A DNA stretch of 64,000 nt from Octopus sinensis (taxonomy: Eukaryota): assembly GCF_006345805.1 (NCBI RefSeq), contig NC_043013.1, forward strand, positions 53,072,001 to 53,136,000, written 5' to 3'. Below, piece after piece: positions 42,663 to 56,772 of this stretch (position 1 is its first letter; each line of letters begins with the position of its first letter). Under the pieces are notes generated by a model. That model was given only the letters and a program-made list of their open reading frames with translations. It did not search any database and had not been told where the DNA came from. The translations under genes were made by a program, and so were the position numbers.

Positions 42663-42669
42663 TATATAT

Positions 42670-42835
42670 ATATATACCGGAGTACACATATAAATGTGAA
42701 ACAAGGTGGAAAAAAGAGTACTCAAATACCTGTGGTAGGTAGAGTAATATGCTTTATTTAAAGCAGCAGAAAATTCAACAAAACCTGTTACTCTGAGTTT
42801 CACGTTGCCGTTCATCGGACAGTTTTTGCTAGATT
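42670..42835 (-). mobile_element. Isolated PLE (Naiad-type) 3' terminal fragment
   Basis: ~85 bp nearly identical to 62903-62985; ends in (TA)n. Confidence 0.75.
42785..42822 (-). ncRNA. Type I hammerhead ribozyme (Naiad-type, U4C)
   Basis: CTGT-CCGATGA-ACG-GCAA-CGT-GAAA-CTCAGAG-TA-ACAG: stem II closed by a GNRA tetraloop. Confidence 0.8.
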
Positions 42836-42840
42836 TTTTT

Positions 42841-43022
42841 CCCTCCGTTTTCCTTTTCTCTTGGACATTCCTATGTCTCCTGTTTCTGAAGAAGAGCTTT
42901 GTTCGAAACGTAAAACACTCTTTCTTTCCTTCCCTGAGCGTCTTTTAACACTTTGCATGTACCACGTACTCGCGTTGTTGCTTTTTGCTTGTGTTTTATA
43001 TTCGTATTTTGGGGATTAACTA
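42841..43022 (+). mobile_element. HHR-bearing element family H1
   Basis: Homologous to 18885-19085 and 40995-41155. Confidence 0.7.
42881..42917 (+). ncRNA. Minimal type I hammerhead ribozyme (family H1), intact core
   Basis: TGTTT-CTGAAGA-A-GAGC-TTT-GTTC-GAAA-CG-TA-AAACA. Confidence 0.8.
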
Positions 43023-43067
43023 TACACACACACACACACATACACACACACACATACACACACACAC

Positions 43068-43091
<24 letters not shown>

Positions 43092-43100
<9 letters not shown>

Positions 43101-43212
43101 CATATATACACGCGTGACAGGTTTCTTTCAGTTTCCTTCTACCGGATTCATTCACAAAGCTTTGGTCGACCTGTAACCATGTTGTTGGAAAGCAAACATC
43201 TTGCCACACGGC
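43092..43212 (-). mobile_element. SINE family B 5' half, internally deleted
   Basis: GTTTCTTTCAGTTTCC...CACAAAGCTTTGGTCGACC...AACCATGT. Confidence 0.65.
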
Positions 43213-43744
43213 CTGTCTAGCCCCAAACCAGTTATTTCAAAATTTGGAGTAGTTTGTAGTTGTTGTTTTTGTTGAAGAGCAGGCTAGATATGGGTGTGTT
43301 AATTCATCATTAAAAGCATTCCACCCACCACCGTCAAACTTTTTCATTCAAAGAACTACAGCGTCAGGTGTCTAATGCTATTTTTATTAAAACCCTTAAG
43401 TTTGATTTGAGGGAAATTTAAGAAGTGGATTTAGCTGTTCACTTAATTACAGAGAATGGCTTTTACTGGTCCGCTGCTGTTGGTATTGTTGTCTCGTGTT
43501 ACCTTCGAATAATGTGGAACGCACATTTTGTGAAAGCCGACCGTTGGTTGAGTAAATCCCAGTACATAACTGGTTAATTATTTTATCCGTCTCGGAATGA
43601 TGAAAAGGGAAGATTACCTTGTTACAATTTGATCTTAATTTGCTAAAGTTTTAATTAAATACGCCAAGACATTTTATTTGATATCTCACTAACTGAGTCA
43701 ATGCAACAGCTACTGATCAGCAAAGAATTGAAGAGGAAATGCTT

Positions 43745-44045
43745 AGTATGATATTATGGCACTCCATTGGTTGCGACGACGAGTTTTCCATTTGATCCAA
43801 TCTAGAGAACAGCCAGCTCGTGAAAATAACGGTTGACCTTAACATAGTTCTAAGAAAGATTCAACGTGACAGAGAATGTTACAAAGCTAGCCCTTTGAAA
43901 AACTGGTACATGTCATTTTCAACGCTTGAGTGCAGTGGGGAAACGTAAGATAAAGTGTCTTGCCCAAGGACACAACTCGTCACTGTGTATCGAACTCACA
44001 ATCGTGAGCCGAATATTATAACCACCGAGTCACGGTCCTTCACAA
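43745..44045 (-). mobile_element. SINE family C
   Basis: ATGGCACTCCATTGGTTGCGACGACGAG...AAAGTGTCTTGCCCAAGGACACAAC...ATCGAACTCAC; homologous to 52255-52635. Confidence 0.65.
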
Positions 44046-44797
44046 ATGCTTCATCTAAAATTTATCTGTAATTAAATATGTTAAAAATTAGAACTTGAAA
44101 AGTCGCATTGTTTCGTTGATTCCAGCAAAAACATCCAATTCAAAGCAAATGTTAAAAGTTAATTGTGTTTGGTTTGAAAATTCGTCTAAAAATATCGTAA
44201 ATGTAGGCACACGTTTCTTTTTATTAAGCCTTCTACTACGGAAAACAGATATATCAACTCAAAATTTCATTACCTTTTACTACGGAAAGCAGTTTTACAT
44301 ACTGAGCTGTCTTTTGTTGAGGAATGTCATGTTTGAAACTATTTTCTGCAGAGAGATGTCAAGTTTATTGAGGCAACGTGACTTGCAGAAAATACCAATT
44401 CTATTTTTGGTAGATATTTAATGTCGTTACAGGAAGAACCATGAAATTTAATTTCGCAGTGAGAAAGTTAAATGAAATACATTATTTAAATTGTACATGT
44501 TGGAGAGTAACATTTTCTCTATACTAGAGTATTATTAGCTTCCATCAAAAGCGATGTATCTGCATCATTGTTAAATCTAATTCCTTACTCCTCTTTGGAA
44601 AACTTCAGCTGTTTCCTTTGTACCAATTTCTGCTACTTTCCCTTTAAGTGTATCATCAAATGCACATCCTTGATGTCTGCCCATCCTTAGAAAAGACCGT
44701 AATCAAAGATACCAGATACAGGCACTAGAGTGGATTTGAAGCCAATGACTAACAAAATTTTCCGGAATGCCTAATTTGTTTCAAAATATGTCTGAGT

Positions 44798-45221
44798 AAG
44801 GCGGTGAGCTGGCAGAAACGTTAGCACGCTGGGAAAAATGCTTAGCGGTATTTCGTCTGCCGCTACGTTCTGAGTTCAAATTCCGCCGGGTTCGACTTTG
44901 CCTTTCATCCTTTCGAGTTCGATTAAATAAGTACCAGTTACGAACTGGGGTAGATGTAATCGACTTAATCCGTTTGTCTGTCCATGTTTGTCCCTTATAT
45001 GTTTAGCCCCTTTGCGAGCAATAAAGAAACAAGAAACGTTAGCATGTCGAGCGATATGCTTAGCGTCTGTCTTTATGTTCTGAGTTCCAATTCCACCGGG
45101 GTCGACTTTGCCTTTCATCCTTTCGGGGTCAATACATTAAGTACCAGTTGCGTACTGAGGTCGATCTAATTTACTGGTCCCTTCCCCCAAATTTTGGGCT
45201 TTGTGCCTAGCGTAGAAAAAA
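44798..45221 (+). mobile_element. Dimeric SINE family A
   Basis: Two cores joined by AATAAAGAAACAAGAAACGTTA. Confidence 0.85.
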
Positions 45222-45628
45222 TGTGTCTGGTCACGCACATATTTCGTTCTGTCCGGTCTTTTTGTGGCGATGGTTTCTCCACTATTCCCCTTCAACAAAG
45301 ACGATAGAAGTGTTATTCTACGAACATGTACAATCTAAACGAGCTACATCTGTTGATAATTATAATTATATCCACTTTTGCGTTACTTTCGTGATCACTC
45401 TTGTATATGGAATGCATAATTCAATAGTAGAAAATATTACTGTAGATAAAAACTATCATAAAATTGCTAAGACATTTACAGAAAATATCTGGTTAATTTT
45501 TGTTCTTCACAATATTACAGTGGCTATACTTCTAAAGAGAAAACTGGCGTCTATCCTTCATTAAATTTGTAGGAATCACATGTAAAATTGAAATTCACTT
45601 TATTTGCGATATTTTCGTTTATTTCCAG

Positions 45629-45670
45629 AATGAAACTTTAAGGAAGAAATACAACGCGAATCTGAAAGAG
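45629..45670 (+). CDS. Candidate 42-nt phase-0 micro-exon (NETLRKKYNANLKE)
   Basis: Strong acceptor ttttcgtttatttccag| and perfect donor GAG|gtaagt, with an open frame in unique AT-rich sequence. Confidence 0.45.
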
Positions 45671-45955
45671 GTAAGTTAATATAGAATTAAAGATCTTTTG
45701 GTTCGGGTAAATATTGTACTAAATATCTGCTAACGTAGAACCAACATGAACTAATCTATAATTATCTGATATAATAATATTACTGTATTTAGAAGGATTT
45801 AATACGCTAAACTTTAGATTCTTTACAAATTATATTATAACCGATTTTGATTTTGTTCTGTTTTGGATTGTGAATATAATTCGCAGAGATTCCAGAAAAA
45901 TTTTATATGACATAACGTTGTTTCTAAAAGTATTAGGAACCCAGATTAAAAAATA

Positions 45956-46014
<59 letters not shown>

Positions 46015-46699
46015 ATGGATGAATGAATTATCCTTTGTTTACCGTTAACTTGGAAAATTCAATAAACTGTTACCAACTCTGAACTCTTCCATATTCACTT
46101 CTCTAAGAATCACATTGTTAACACACTTATAGAGCGATCTTACAAATGTAAACACTGACAGAAACATACTTGTTACTCATATAAATGATTTCGCCAGTCT
46201 TTATAGTTTGAACAGTTAGTTTAACTTGCACTTTACTTCAATGGAGAAATCTCCTTCTAAGCCTTTGAACATTTTTTCAACCAACGTATCCCTCTCTATT
46301 TGTTCTCTACTTATTATTTCTTTAACACTTCTCTTTCTAGTATCTGCCTTTGACGTCAAATCTACTAAAGGTTTTTTTTCTAAATACTTAATAACGTTCT
46401 GTTTATCATTTAGGCAGTCATCGTATTTGTTATAATGTCTTGTTGTTGACATAGGCTCTCTTTCTTTCCTGATGAGAAGATTGTATTTTACACCATTTAT
46501 TCCTTTGGAATAAAACCAATGTTGTCTTCGAAACATATGTCGAAAGTAAAAGAATTCTAATAACATCTTCGTTCAACTCCATTTATTTACTTATATATAT
46601 ATATATTAATTTATTATATAGAAGGAGCTTGCAATGTATTGAGTACCTTATTTACTGTGGTTAACCCCGAATCAACCCGGGACCTACATATATATATAT

Positions 46700-46779
<80 letters not shown>

Positions 46780-47844
46780 TATATATTGATTTGTTAAACA
46801 ACAGCAAGCTTTCAGGTTTGATCCCACCACTTGGCACCTATTTGGCACCTGCTTGGCATCTGATGCTATTCTACTTTGCTATACATACGTTTAGACCCCA
46901 AACTCCACTACGCGTCACATTTTACAGTGCATTTAATCCCACAACAAGCACTTTTTGCAGTTAAATTGGATTGACGGAAATTGTATGGCACCGTATTCGA
47001 TGGAAAACGATGTTATATCAATTCGGAAGTGATTGATTTGGTGTTTTGGCTGAGTCTTACGATAGTAATCGGTCGACGGGTATGAAAATAATTATGAGAC
47101 AATGTTTCTTCTACCAATTCCTGGCTGAGATTTTAACCAAAGATGTGTAGTAATTCAACAACCTTGGCTAGTATTTTTATATATTGATCCAGGAAGAATG
47201 AAACAAAGTTGACTCAGCGGGATTTGAACTCAGAAAGCAAAGCAAGCACCGGAGTATATATACCACAACGTATTTCAGCCGTTGTTTTAACGTCTCTGTC
47301 GATTTGTTACAATCATAAAAGCAGAAATATCTGTATCAAATTTTGGTCCCAGACCAGCAATTTCATGTATGTGGGGTGGGTGTAAGTAGATTACACCGAC
47401 CCCAGCACTCAGCTGGTACTTATTTTATCGACCCCAATGGTCGATCTAGACAGAATGTGAATTCCGAGTGTCAAGATGGACAATATGCTGCTAAGGCTTT
47501 TTATTGCCCGATGTTTTAACGATCCTGCCACCTCACCACCCTAATAACATTGGAAATAGCAAAATGGCATCGTTTGTGTACATTTTTGTCTTTTAGAAAT
47601 GGCAAAGCGTCTGGCTAAAATTTAGCATAAACTTATAACGTTCTGTGTTCAAATCCAACCAGGATCCACTTGATTATTTATTTCTCTCCTCTTCAGCTTG
47701 TCCAATAATTGCGAACCCGACGTTAATGTTAAAATGTTAATAGGCTCGCATTGAATGTGATTAACCTCCCCACCCAAATTTTATATAAATATCGATAAAT
47801 ATTTGAATCATTCGCTATGTTGGACCATTGAACTCAATTTTATT

Positions 47845-48000
47845 TTCATTCTCTATATTTATTTCTTCGTATTCCTTTCTGTTGCATAGCGTAGCCTCGA
47901 AACGTAAGACTTTCCATTTTCCCCGAGTGTCAAACTAATACACTCACTTATTGTTCCTACACGTGTCTTCGTCTTTTGTCTTTCTATAAATTTGTACTAT
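47845..48000 (+). mobile_element. HHR-like element family H2, degraded
   Basis: CTTT-CTGTTGC-A-TAGC-GTAG-CCTC-GAAA-CG-TA-AGAC at 47875-47910. Confidence 0.6.
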
Positions 48001-48009
48001 ATATATATA

Positions 48010-48201
48010 GTGTTACGTTCCCGCGATAGGTGAAAATCCGCGAAGTAAATACAGTACTGTATAATAATAATAATTTTTTTATAATTTGTATATCTTTATT
48101 TTATAATAAATACAGGAGACGGAAGAATCGACGTAACCTTTATAATAAACCACGATAGGTGAACCGCGATAGGTGAACCGCTATATGGCGAGGGAATACT
48201 G
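48010..48201. mobile_element. Tigger/pogo-like MITE fragment
   Basis: 3' TIR-like CCGCGATAGGTGAACCGCTATATGGCGAGGGAATACTG, with repeated CGATAGGTGAA subterminal motifs. Confidence 0.6.
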
Positions 48202-48214
48202 TCCGGTATATATA

Positions 48215-48348
48215 TTTCCTTCTCAGCCACATAGTTCGAGGTTCAGCCTCACTGTGTGGCACCTTGGGCAAGTTACTTCTTCTACAGCGTTGGGCCGACT
48301 AAAGCCTTGTGAATGGATTTGGTAAACGGATACTGAAAGAAGCCTGTC

Positions 48349-48413
<65 letters not shown>

Positions 48414-48876
48414 TCTATGTATATGTGTGTGTCTCTATATACCTCATCACCGCTTGACAACCAGTGTTGGTGTGTTTACGTCTAAGTAACATAGCAGTTC
48501 GGCAAGAGATACCGATAGAACAAGTACTAGGTTTAAGAAATACTTTCTAGTGTCAAGGCGGTGCTCCAGCATGATCGCACTCAAATGTCTTAAACAAGTA
48601 AAAGAATAAAGGAATATATATATAATTTTTTATTATTTTATTATTTTATTTGTTTCAGTCATTTACTTGCGACCATGCTGGAGCACCGTCATTTAGTGGA
48701 ACAAATCGATCCCAGGACTTATTCTTTGTAAGCCGAGTACTTATTCTATCGGTCTTTTTGCCGAACCGCTAGGTTACGGGGACCTAAACTCACCACCATC
48801 GGCTGCTAAGTGATGGTGGAGGGACAGGCACATACACACACACAAATCCACTCATAAGGCTTTGGTCGGCCCGAGG

Positions 48877-48880
<4 letters not shown>
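48215..48880. mobile_element. Two tail-to-tail SINE family B copies (+ 48215-48612; - 48630-48880)
   Basis: Head, (TA)n and tail on +, then the reverse-complement tail and part of the head. Confidence 0.8.
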
Positions 48881-48920
<40 letters not shown>

Positions 48921-49997
48921 TGATTGTTGGTAGGGACAGCATGTTTCGTTTTGCAGCCATAATATTCTACCACGTATGTTAAAAGCTTATAAATCAATAA
49001 TGGTATATGCATATACAGCCATTCCCTATTTTCTGCCTTCAATCGCTTTCTCTACATATTCGTATACACAACAGCGTAACTTTCAGTTTTGACTCTAATA
49101 TTTATCGCAAATCTGTAGAGATAACTTTAAAAAGTGATGCGTGCGTGTGCATATGTGTGTGCATGTGTGTGCGCGTGTGTATGCGCATGTGTGTGGGGAT
49201 GTTGTACTAATTAAAAAAATTATAATGAGTGTAATCAAATGATATCTTTAATGACAAACAATGGTAGATTCTACACTTACTGATATCACATTATTATTTG
49301 AATATTTCATTGGAATAGGAAATAAAGAGCGAATGGTGGCTGTTCACTGGAAAGTGCCTCTTGACTGTCATGAAAAACGAGAGGGAGGAGCTTAACTGAA
49401 AAGCAAGAGGCCAAGAGTGGTGGTGACACGGCCACCACAGACGCCCCGCCAAAAAGAGAGTATTACGGTTGAGGTTTGAAGCATCCAACTAACGCTAGAC
49501 ACCGTTTTGATGTCAGTCCCTGTTGGTGAAAGCAACATTCGATAAATATAAACGGAGACACATTTGCCTGTTGTAATCGTTCCCATGGAGAAAGATATTT
49601 TCTCAGTAGATGTCTTTCTTCCAATATTGAGCCAAAAGACGTTATGTGGATTTGCTAAGAGATGGTGCTAGCCTCATCGTGGCCGAGCGACTGACTAGAA
49701 ATTGCAGCTTAAAATCGCAATAACAACAAAGAACTCAACTATATAGTCCGGTGGACAGTAACGGAGGAGAGTATTTATATGAGGGATACTGCACGCCATA
49801 ACACAGGTTAGATTTTTTGGCAAATTTTCTCATTTATTTATTTGTTTATTTGTTATAATTCATTTGTGTGTGCGTGAGCATTACCAACTTTTCCTATTAC
49901 GATGTCACAGGCTAGTGGCACCGTTTCGGCATTATTTACCTTAATAGAAACGTTTTAAATAGAATTGGATGAAAATGACGATGTATAACTTTTATGT

Positions 49998-50047
<50 letters not shown>

Positions 50048-50049
<2 letters not shown>

Positions 50050-50200
50050 ATTCCCCAAAAACAAAAGACGAAGACAGGTGGTGTAGACAACAAACAGATG
50101 TATTAGTATAATGCTCGAGAAGTGAAAAAGTCTTCAACATTTCGAGCTTACGATCTTCTACAGAAAGAAACAAGGAGGGAAAATAATATATATTCACTAT
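50048..50200 (-). mobile_element. HHR-like element family H2, degraded
   Basis: Minus strand CTTT-CTGTAGA-A-GATC-GTAA-GCTC-GAAA-TG-TT-GAAG at 50132-50167. Flanked by (TA)/(GA) and (CA) tracts. Confidence 0.6.
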
Positions 50201-50266
50201 ACATTATACAAAAAAGCACACGCACACTCACACACGTGCGTGCGCGAGCACACACACACGTGCGTG

Positions 50267-50323
<57 letters not shown>

Positions 50324-51051
50324 ACACGAACGCACGCGCGCACAAATATATGTCAATGTAAAGTAATTTAAAATGGTTCTTCGGAATAGCGGAGAAGATC
50401 CGGGATGGTGTTGACCATCCATAACGATAACAAATTAGATGGAAACATTACCCGGAGCGTTTTAACGACGCCACTTGTAAACGAGCCATGTTTATTTAAC
50501 ACAAGAAACTCTTTGAGACTCGTGTGCTAAACCAAAATAAGTCTCGTCTGTCTGAGACAAAATTTTACAGCAATTGCTGTTTTGCGTTTGTATTATTGAT
50601 TGTAAATGTTATCCACATCATTATTGTTAACATTGAATCTAAATCAACAATAGTCAACATAGGTTTTGCATCCTTTATCTGTTCAGATATTGCCCAGTTA
50701 TTGTTAATAAAGGCCATCACTTTGAAAACGGTATGACGAAAAGTTGCATTTAATACCATCCTTGTACATAGAAATATCGAGAAAGGGAAAGAGAGAATGG
50801 GGAGAATAGGGAGAATAAAGGGGAATAAGTAGTGCTACAGAGGCCCTATATTAATATGTTTTGTTTTTTTGTTGTTGTTTTTATCGATGCTGAGAGAATA
50901 AAAGTGAAATACACTTCCCTGGTATTTGAACTCAGAGCGCAGACATTCCGAAGCAACATGGCAACGCAGTCCATTCACTGCTCTGTCGATTCAGTAAATC
51001 GACTAATTTCTATATATACATGTACACCCACGCGTACAAACATACATACAT

Positions 51052-51108
<57 letters not shown>

Positions 51109-51200
51109 GATAGAAAGATAGAGAGATAGTGAGATGCCTACATACATACATACATACATACGTAATACATAATTTTACATATAGGTATAATATATATATG

Positions 51201-51231
<31 letters not shown>

Positions 51232-52254
51232 GCACACACATTCACAAATATGTATAAGCCACTGTGTTTCCTAATTACATGTATGCATATATGAATCTAC
51301 TTAACGTATATATGTAATATCCATATATATGTATACATATAAATACATAGAGATAAATAGATGTACGTCTACATTTATTTTTTTGTATAGGTGTGTACAC
51401 GCATACACATGCGCACACTTGGGTATATATGTGTGAATGAGGGGTATGATACCGAGATTTCTAATCACATACATTCATATATACATGCAGAAGATATGAA
51501 TGTACATACATGCTTAAGTATGTATATACACATACACTTATGCATGCATACATACATACATACATACATACATACATACATACATACATACATACATACA
51601 TACATACATACATGCGCGCTGTTTTCAGAATCATGACGATGTTTTATGAATATAATTATAAAATGCCACGTTTTGCCAGAGGGTTGAAGCGAAAAGCAAC
51701 AATAGATGTTTATGGCTAATCTTTTTTGCAATTTATTTTCTACGTTTCTCACCTTTTCAGTTTTATTATCAATCACTAACATTGAAGATATTAGTTGTGA
51801 AGTGTATTAAACACTTCTTTATCTTCTTCTTTTAATTCACAGCCGTCTTTCGCTCTTCAATTATGAAGAGAACATTTGTTGTGAAAGCTTTAAACCTAAA
51901 GAAACGATTTACAAGTTAACTTTATCACACATAAAAATTCTGCTGCTATAGAATTCAATTGGATTAATTTCCAATGTTATATTTTTTCTGCAACTATTAA
52001 AATTCTTTTAGTATATTTCAAGATTGGTGTTAAAGCGATAATTATAAATTTTAGTTAGCACGAAGAAAAATATATTAATCATAATAATTCTTTAGCAATG
52101 ACTTTTTCAAATGGATTATTTTTAATTGAATTTATTTTATATTCTTGGTAGAATTATTTCTATACTTATTTTTGTCAACAACAAACAATTTTGCGCACAA
52201 TTGGTCAAATAATGAGTTATATCTGATAACGTTCAAGGCACGAATATATATTAG

Positions 52255-52635
52255 ACAATCATAGTATCTTGGCACTCCGTCGGTTACGACGACTAGGGTT
52301 CCAGTTGATCCGATCAACGGAACAGCCTGCTCGTGAAATTAATGTGCAAGTGGCTGAACACTCCACAGACACGTGTATCCCTTAACGTAGTTCTCGTGTA
52401 GATTCAGCGTGAAACAGAATGTGTCAAGGCTGGCCCCTTTGAAATACAGGTACAACAGAAAGAGGAAGGAAAAGTGAGATAAAGACTACAAGGTTCGCCA
52501 CCACCCCTGGCGGAGCTTCGTGGAGCTTTAGGTGTTTTCGTTCAATAAACATTCACAACGCCCGGTCTGGGAATCGAAACCGCAATCCTACGACCGCGAG
52601 TCTGCTGCCCTAATCGCTGGGCTATTGCGCCTTCT
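52255..52635 (-). mobile_element. SINE family C
   Basis: tRNA-like head GGGAATCGAAACC...GCCCTAA...GGGCTATTGCGCC plus the body shared with 43745-44045. Confidence 0.75.
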
Positions 52636-52859
52636 CAACCGTAGTATATACGCACAGGAAGAAGTACACACCAACATAACTATATTCGTGCATGTAATTA
52701 TATGAATATAACTATGTGTTTCTTTTTGGAAATGGTGAATCTCGAAGCAAATGAAGCTATAAATAATAGCATGTAAATATTAGGTTAAAAGCTTTTTGAC
52801 ATAAAATGTGTTCATGATGTCAAAAATCTATGTCTTTCAACATGGATCATATGTCAATA

Positions 52860-53790
52860 TCCGAAAATATCCATCCAATTAAATGCAGCGATTCACTAAT
52901 GAATAGATCTTCGCTGGCGTCAGTCCCCGTCTGTGCTATTGATTTCCAATGTAGCCTTGTTACCTGTCACCGCGTCTTTGTGCTTCAACCGGATTGTTTA
53001 TCTTTCATCTCATAACCAAACATCTTCGAACGGAATATTTCAACACCGAGTTGCCTCCCTTCTCTGGACCTACTTAAATCAATGAAGGTTTCCTTACACC
53101 ACTGTCAATCTCATTCTGGAACTCATGGCTTCCTCCTGAATGAAGCTCTATCGGAGCTTGCCTTTTCATTCGGTGTTCCTAAGGCGTTGTCCCTCATCCG
53201 TAATGAATGTCTTCAAAGCTTTACTCTGATTTGTTTGAATCATATCTGCCATGACTCCGATAGCTGCTCTAAGGAAGATAAAACCATTTATTACTCTCTA
53301 TATTCTCAGTCTCTCTTGGACCGTCGTGTTTTTCGCCCCACAATTGCACTTCAAGTATCAAGTTAACTTTTCTTATTCTTCGAACTAGTTTCTTACAAAG
53401 TCTATCACCATTACTGAGTCTGCTGCACATATAGATGATGCAGTAGACTCTGAGTTGCGATTGATTTGGCCGTTATTTCTAGCAATTTTCGAGGCTACAA
53501 AAGATGCTTTTTTATTGACAAGAGTGATTTTATAAACGTTTATATTTGAAACATCAGTATTCATGGCACTCCAGGATCTCTCATACTTACAAGAATTAAC
53601 CGCTTTGCTCCCAAGCAAAGGTTTCAGCAGCACCGTTACTCTCTTATTAAGCTTTTGCAAAATGACATATTTCAGTTGTTATTTCAGTGACAAAGTAGCT
53701 GGAAAACACTCTAAATCCTGCGATAGTATCTGGTTGTCTAAATTTGGCGTTGGCAAACTCCTTACATCGTTCAGCCATTCATAGAATCGT
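52860..53790 (-). pseudogene. Highly degraded RTE-clade LINE RT C-terminus
   Basis: Broken translations VLSSLEQLSESWQI (cf. VLSxLLYGSExW) and WKSIAQ..D*RQR (cf. W..AQDR..WR). Confidence 0.45.
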
Positions 53791-53999
53791 TGATAAAGTA
53801 TCAACCCCCTCCAAACATCTACATTTCTGAAATAAAATTCAACGTATAATTAATGTAAAGAAAAGTTCTCCATTTAAAAAGAATAATTCGTTCCTTCTTT
53901 TGTGTCTTTACCGCTTGTTAATAAGAAACAGTTTAAGGAACTTGATGGAAATGCCTAACGAAATTGAGAAAAAAAAGCAATAAAAATATGTCCTATTGT

Positions 54000-54475
54000 A
54001 TTGATATGATGGATGAAGGAGGTTCATAATCAACAAATGCCATCATAGTAGACACAGGCGTGACTGTGTGGTACCTTGGGCAAGTGACTTTTGCTATAGC
54101 CTCGGGGCGTTGGGCAGCTGATGATGGGGATATGTTGGATTGTTGGTATGGCTGATATTGTATGTGCGGAATAGTTTTATAAAACATCCATCTGATACAC
54201 ATACACACGCACACACACACGCATGTATGTATATTTGTGTGTTTGTGTGTGGATGTGTATCTTTATGTCCGTCTTTGACCCTCACCACCGCTTGACAATC
54301 GGCGTTAGTTTGTTTGCGTCCCTGTAGCAACAGAGATTCGGCAAAAGACACCGATAGAAGTACCAACCTTAAAAAACGGTACTGGGTTCGAATCGTTCGT
54401 GCAAAATATTTTCAAGGCGGTGCTCCAGCATGGCCGGAGTCTAGTGACGGAGAAAAAAGTAAAAGAAAAGAAAAA
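54000..54475 (+). mobile_element. SINE family B
   Basis: CCTTGGGCAAGTG...TATAGCCTCGGG head, TG tract, tail ACCGCTTGACAATC...GGCGGTGCTCCAGCATGGCC. Confidence 0.75.
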
Positions 54476-54898
54476 GATAGAGCATAATGTTGAAAAAAAG
54501 GGCAGAAACAGCTGTACTTTAAGACCAGCATTATATGATCCTATTTTTCAGTTTTTTAAAGAAAATAAGAGACGCTTTTTGGACGGTTAGGGCATTACTT
54601 TTTGCCCCTCGAGTGACCAGGTAATAGCACCTCTTTTCTCTATTTCCACAGGTATCGCGCTGAATGCGAAGTTTGAAGAGTGTAGATTATCTTGGGGAAT
54701 ACAAAAAATTGGGAGATGAGATGAGAATAAATGCTATCAAGCCTTTCCTTCAGTGTTTTCGTAAGGAATATGGAAGTTTTTTACAGATATTTCGGTTCTT
54801 ATGACAGCAGAAAACACTACAGAGGAACTCTTAACGGAACCGTTGCATTATGAAAATATCCAAACACGAAATAAACAAAATAAACATCAACGAATCAA

Positions 54899-54973
54899 CG
54901 AGTAGTAGTAGTAGAAGTGGTAGTAGTAGTGGTGGTAGTAGTAGTGGTGGTAGTAGTAGTGGTGGTAGTAGTA

Positions 54974-55024
<51 letters not shown>

Positions 55025-55050
55025 ATGCTGGTGTTGGTGGTGGTGGTGGC
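54899..55050. repeat. Composite (AGT)n/(GGT) microsatellite, duplicated at 57890-57990
   Basis: Both copies share the interruptions AGAAGTGGTAG and AGTAATGCTGGTGTTGGTG. Confidence 0.8.
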
Positions 55051-55490
55051 GATGGATTTTCTTGTTGTATTCATAACTTTATGAATGTTAAAGTGTATGA
55101 ATGCTTTCAGTGATCCAAAGAAACAATAATTGTTATTGATCCATGCACCGCGCACACATTATGAAAATCGCGTACATGAACGCACATATACATACACATG
55201 CACATTGAACATTGCATATATACTCGTGTGTATGTATGTATACATGTTTACATTTATATATACCTGTATATATATATATATATATACATGCATATATATT
55301 TAATATATATTTATATATTTTATATATATATATATATACAACGTGCATATATGTATGTATATACATATATGTATAAAAATATATATGTACATATATATAT
55401 ATATATGTATATATATACACACAATGTTTTGTATGCGTTTATACCTACACATATATGGACATTTACATGTGCACATCGATATGGATATAC

Positions 55491-55654
<164 letters not shown>

Positions 55655-56539
55655 ATATATATGTATATATATGTATATATATATATGCGTGTATGTATAT
55701 AAATATATGTATATATATATAAATATATATATATTTATATGCATATATATACACATGCACACATTTATACGAATATAATCTACTTATGCATACAGTGTAT
55801 ATACACATGTATATTTGCGTATGTGCATATCATAGGATGTGGACCCAGATTCACACTCACGCACACACACATATGCATATCCTCATGCACAACCACGCTG
55901 AAGCACAAACGCACCGAGTCTCTGTAATTTTCCAGCTAACAGCAACGACATTCATAGCAGCAGCAACATCAACCACAAGAACAATACCAACAACAACAAC
56001 AACAACACTACCAATAGCAACAACAACACTAACGACAACATCTATTTGTTATGATTACTTTGAGTAAAACTTGTCGTTGTGTTGTTTACTAAGATAAGCA
56101 ATCTCGTATCTCCGATGTGCAGCTGCAACATGTTGCAACATTTATTGCAAGTTATAAAACTGCATCTCCTATCCCTGCATCTCAAACAGAATATATTGTA
56201 GATATATAGCAATCAGTTGCTGCTTCAATATTGCATCGATATAAGCTGCAGTGAGTGTGCAGCGTACAATGTAATATGCAGGCTCGTTGCATAAACAGGT
56301 TTCTATAAATACGGAGAATATTTGTAAGTCAATGAGATTTGATAACAGCATCGATATCTTCTCGTATGTCTTGTCGTCCTGTATTAATTATGGTAAATAA
56401 AACATTGTAACTGGAAGCAATTGCAGAGATTTGAATCTTTATAGTCGAATACTGAAGCTAGTTATCTTGCCTTTCATTTTTAGAGGCAAAAACGTAAGAA
56501 AGGAGAGCATGCCCCTAAGGTTTCCCTTCTAAAAATATA

Positions 56540-56772
56540 TTTAATTCTTTATTGCCCACAAAGGGCTAAACATAGAAGGGACAAACAAGGACAGACAAAG
56601 GGATGAAGTCGATTACATCGACTCAGTGCGTAAATGGTACTTATTTAATCGACCCCGAAAGGATGAAAGGCAAAGTCGACCTCGGCGGAATTTGTACTCA
56701 GGACGTAGTGGCCGACGAAATACCACGAAACATTTCACCTGGCGTGCTAACGATGCTGCCAGCTCACCGCCT
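56540..56772 (-). mobile_element. SINE family A
   Basis: Reverse complement of the 27485-27718 type. Confidence 0.8.

Noticed and set aside
54652-54720. Terminal exon after a strong acceptor (ttttctctatttccacag)
   Set aside because: All frames stop within 23 codons, there is no donor, and there is no independent evidence.
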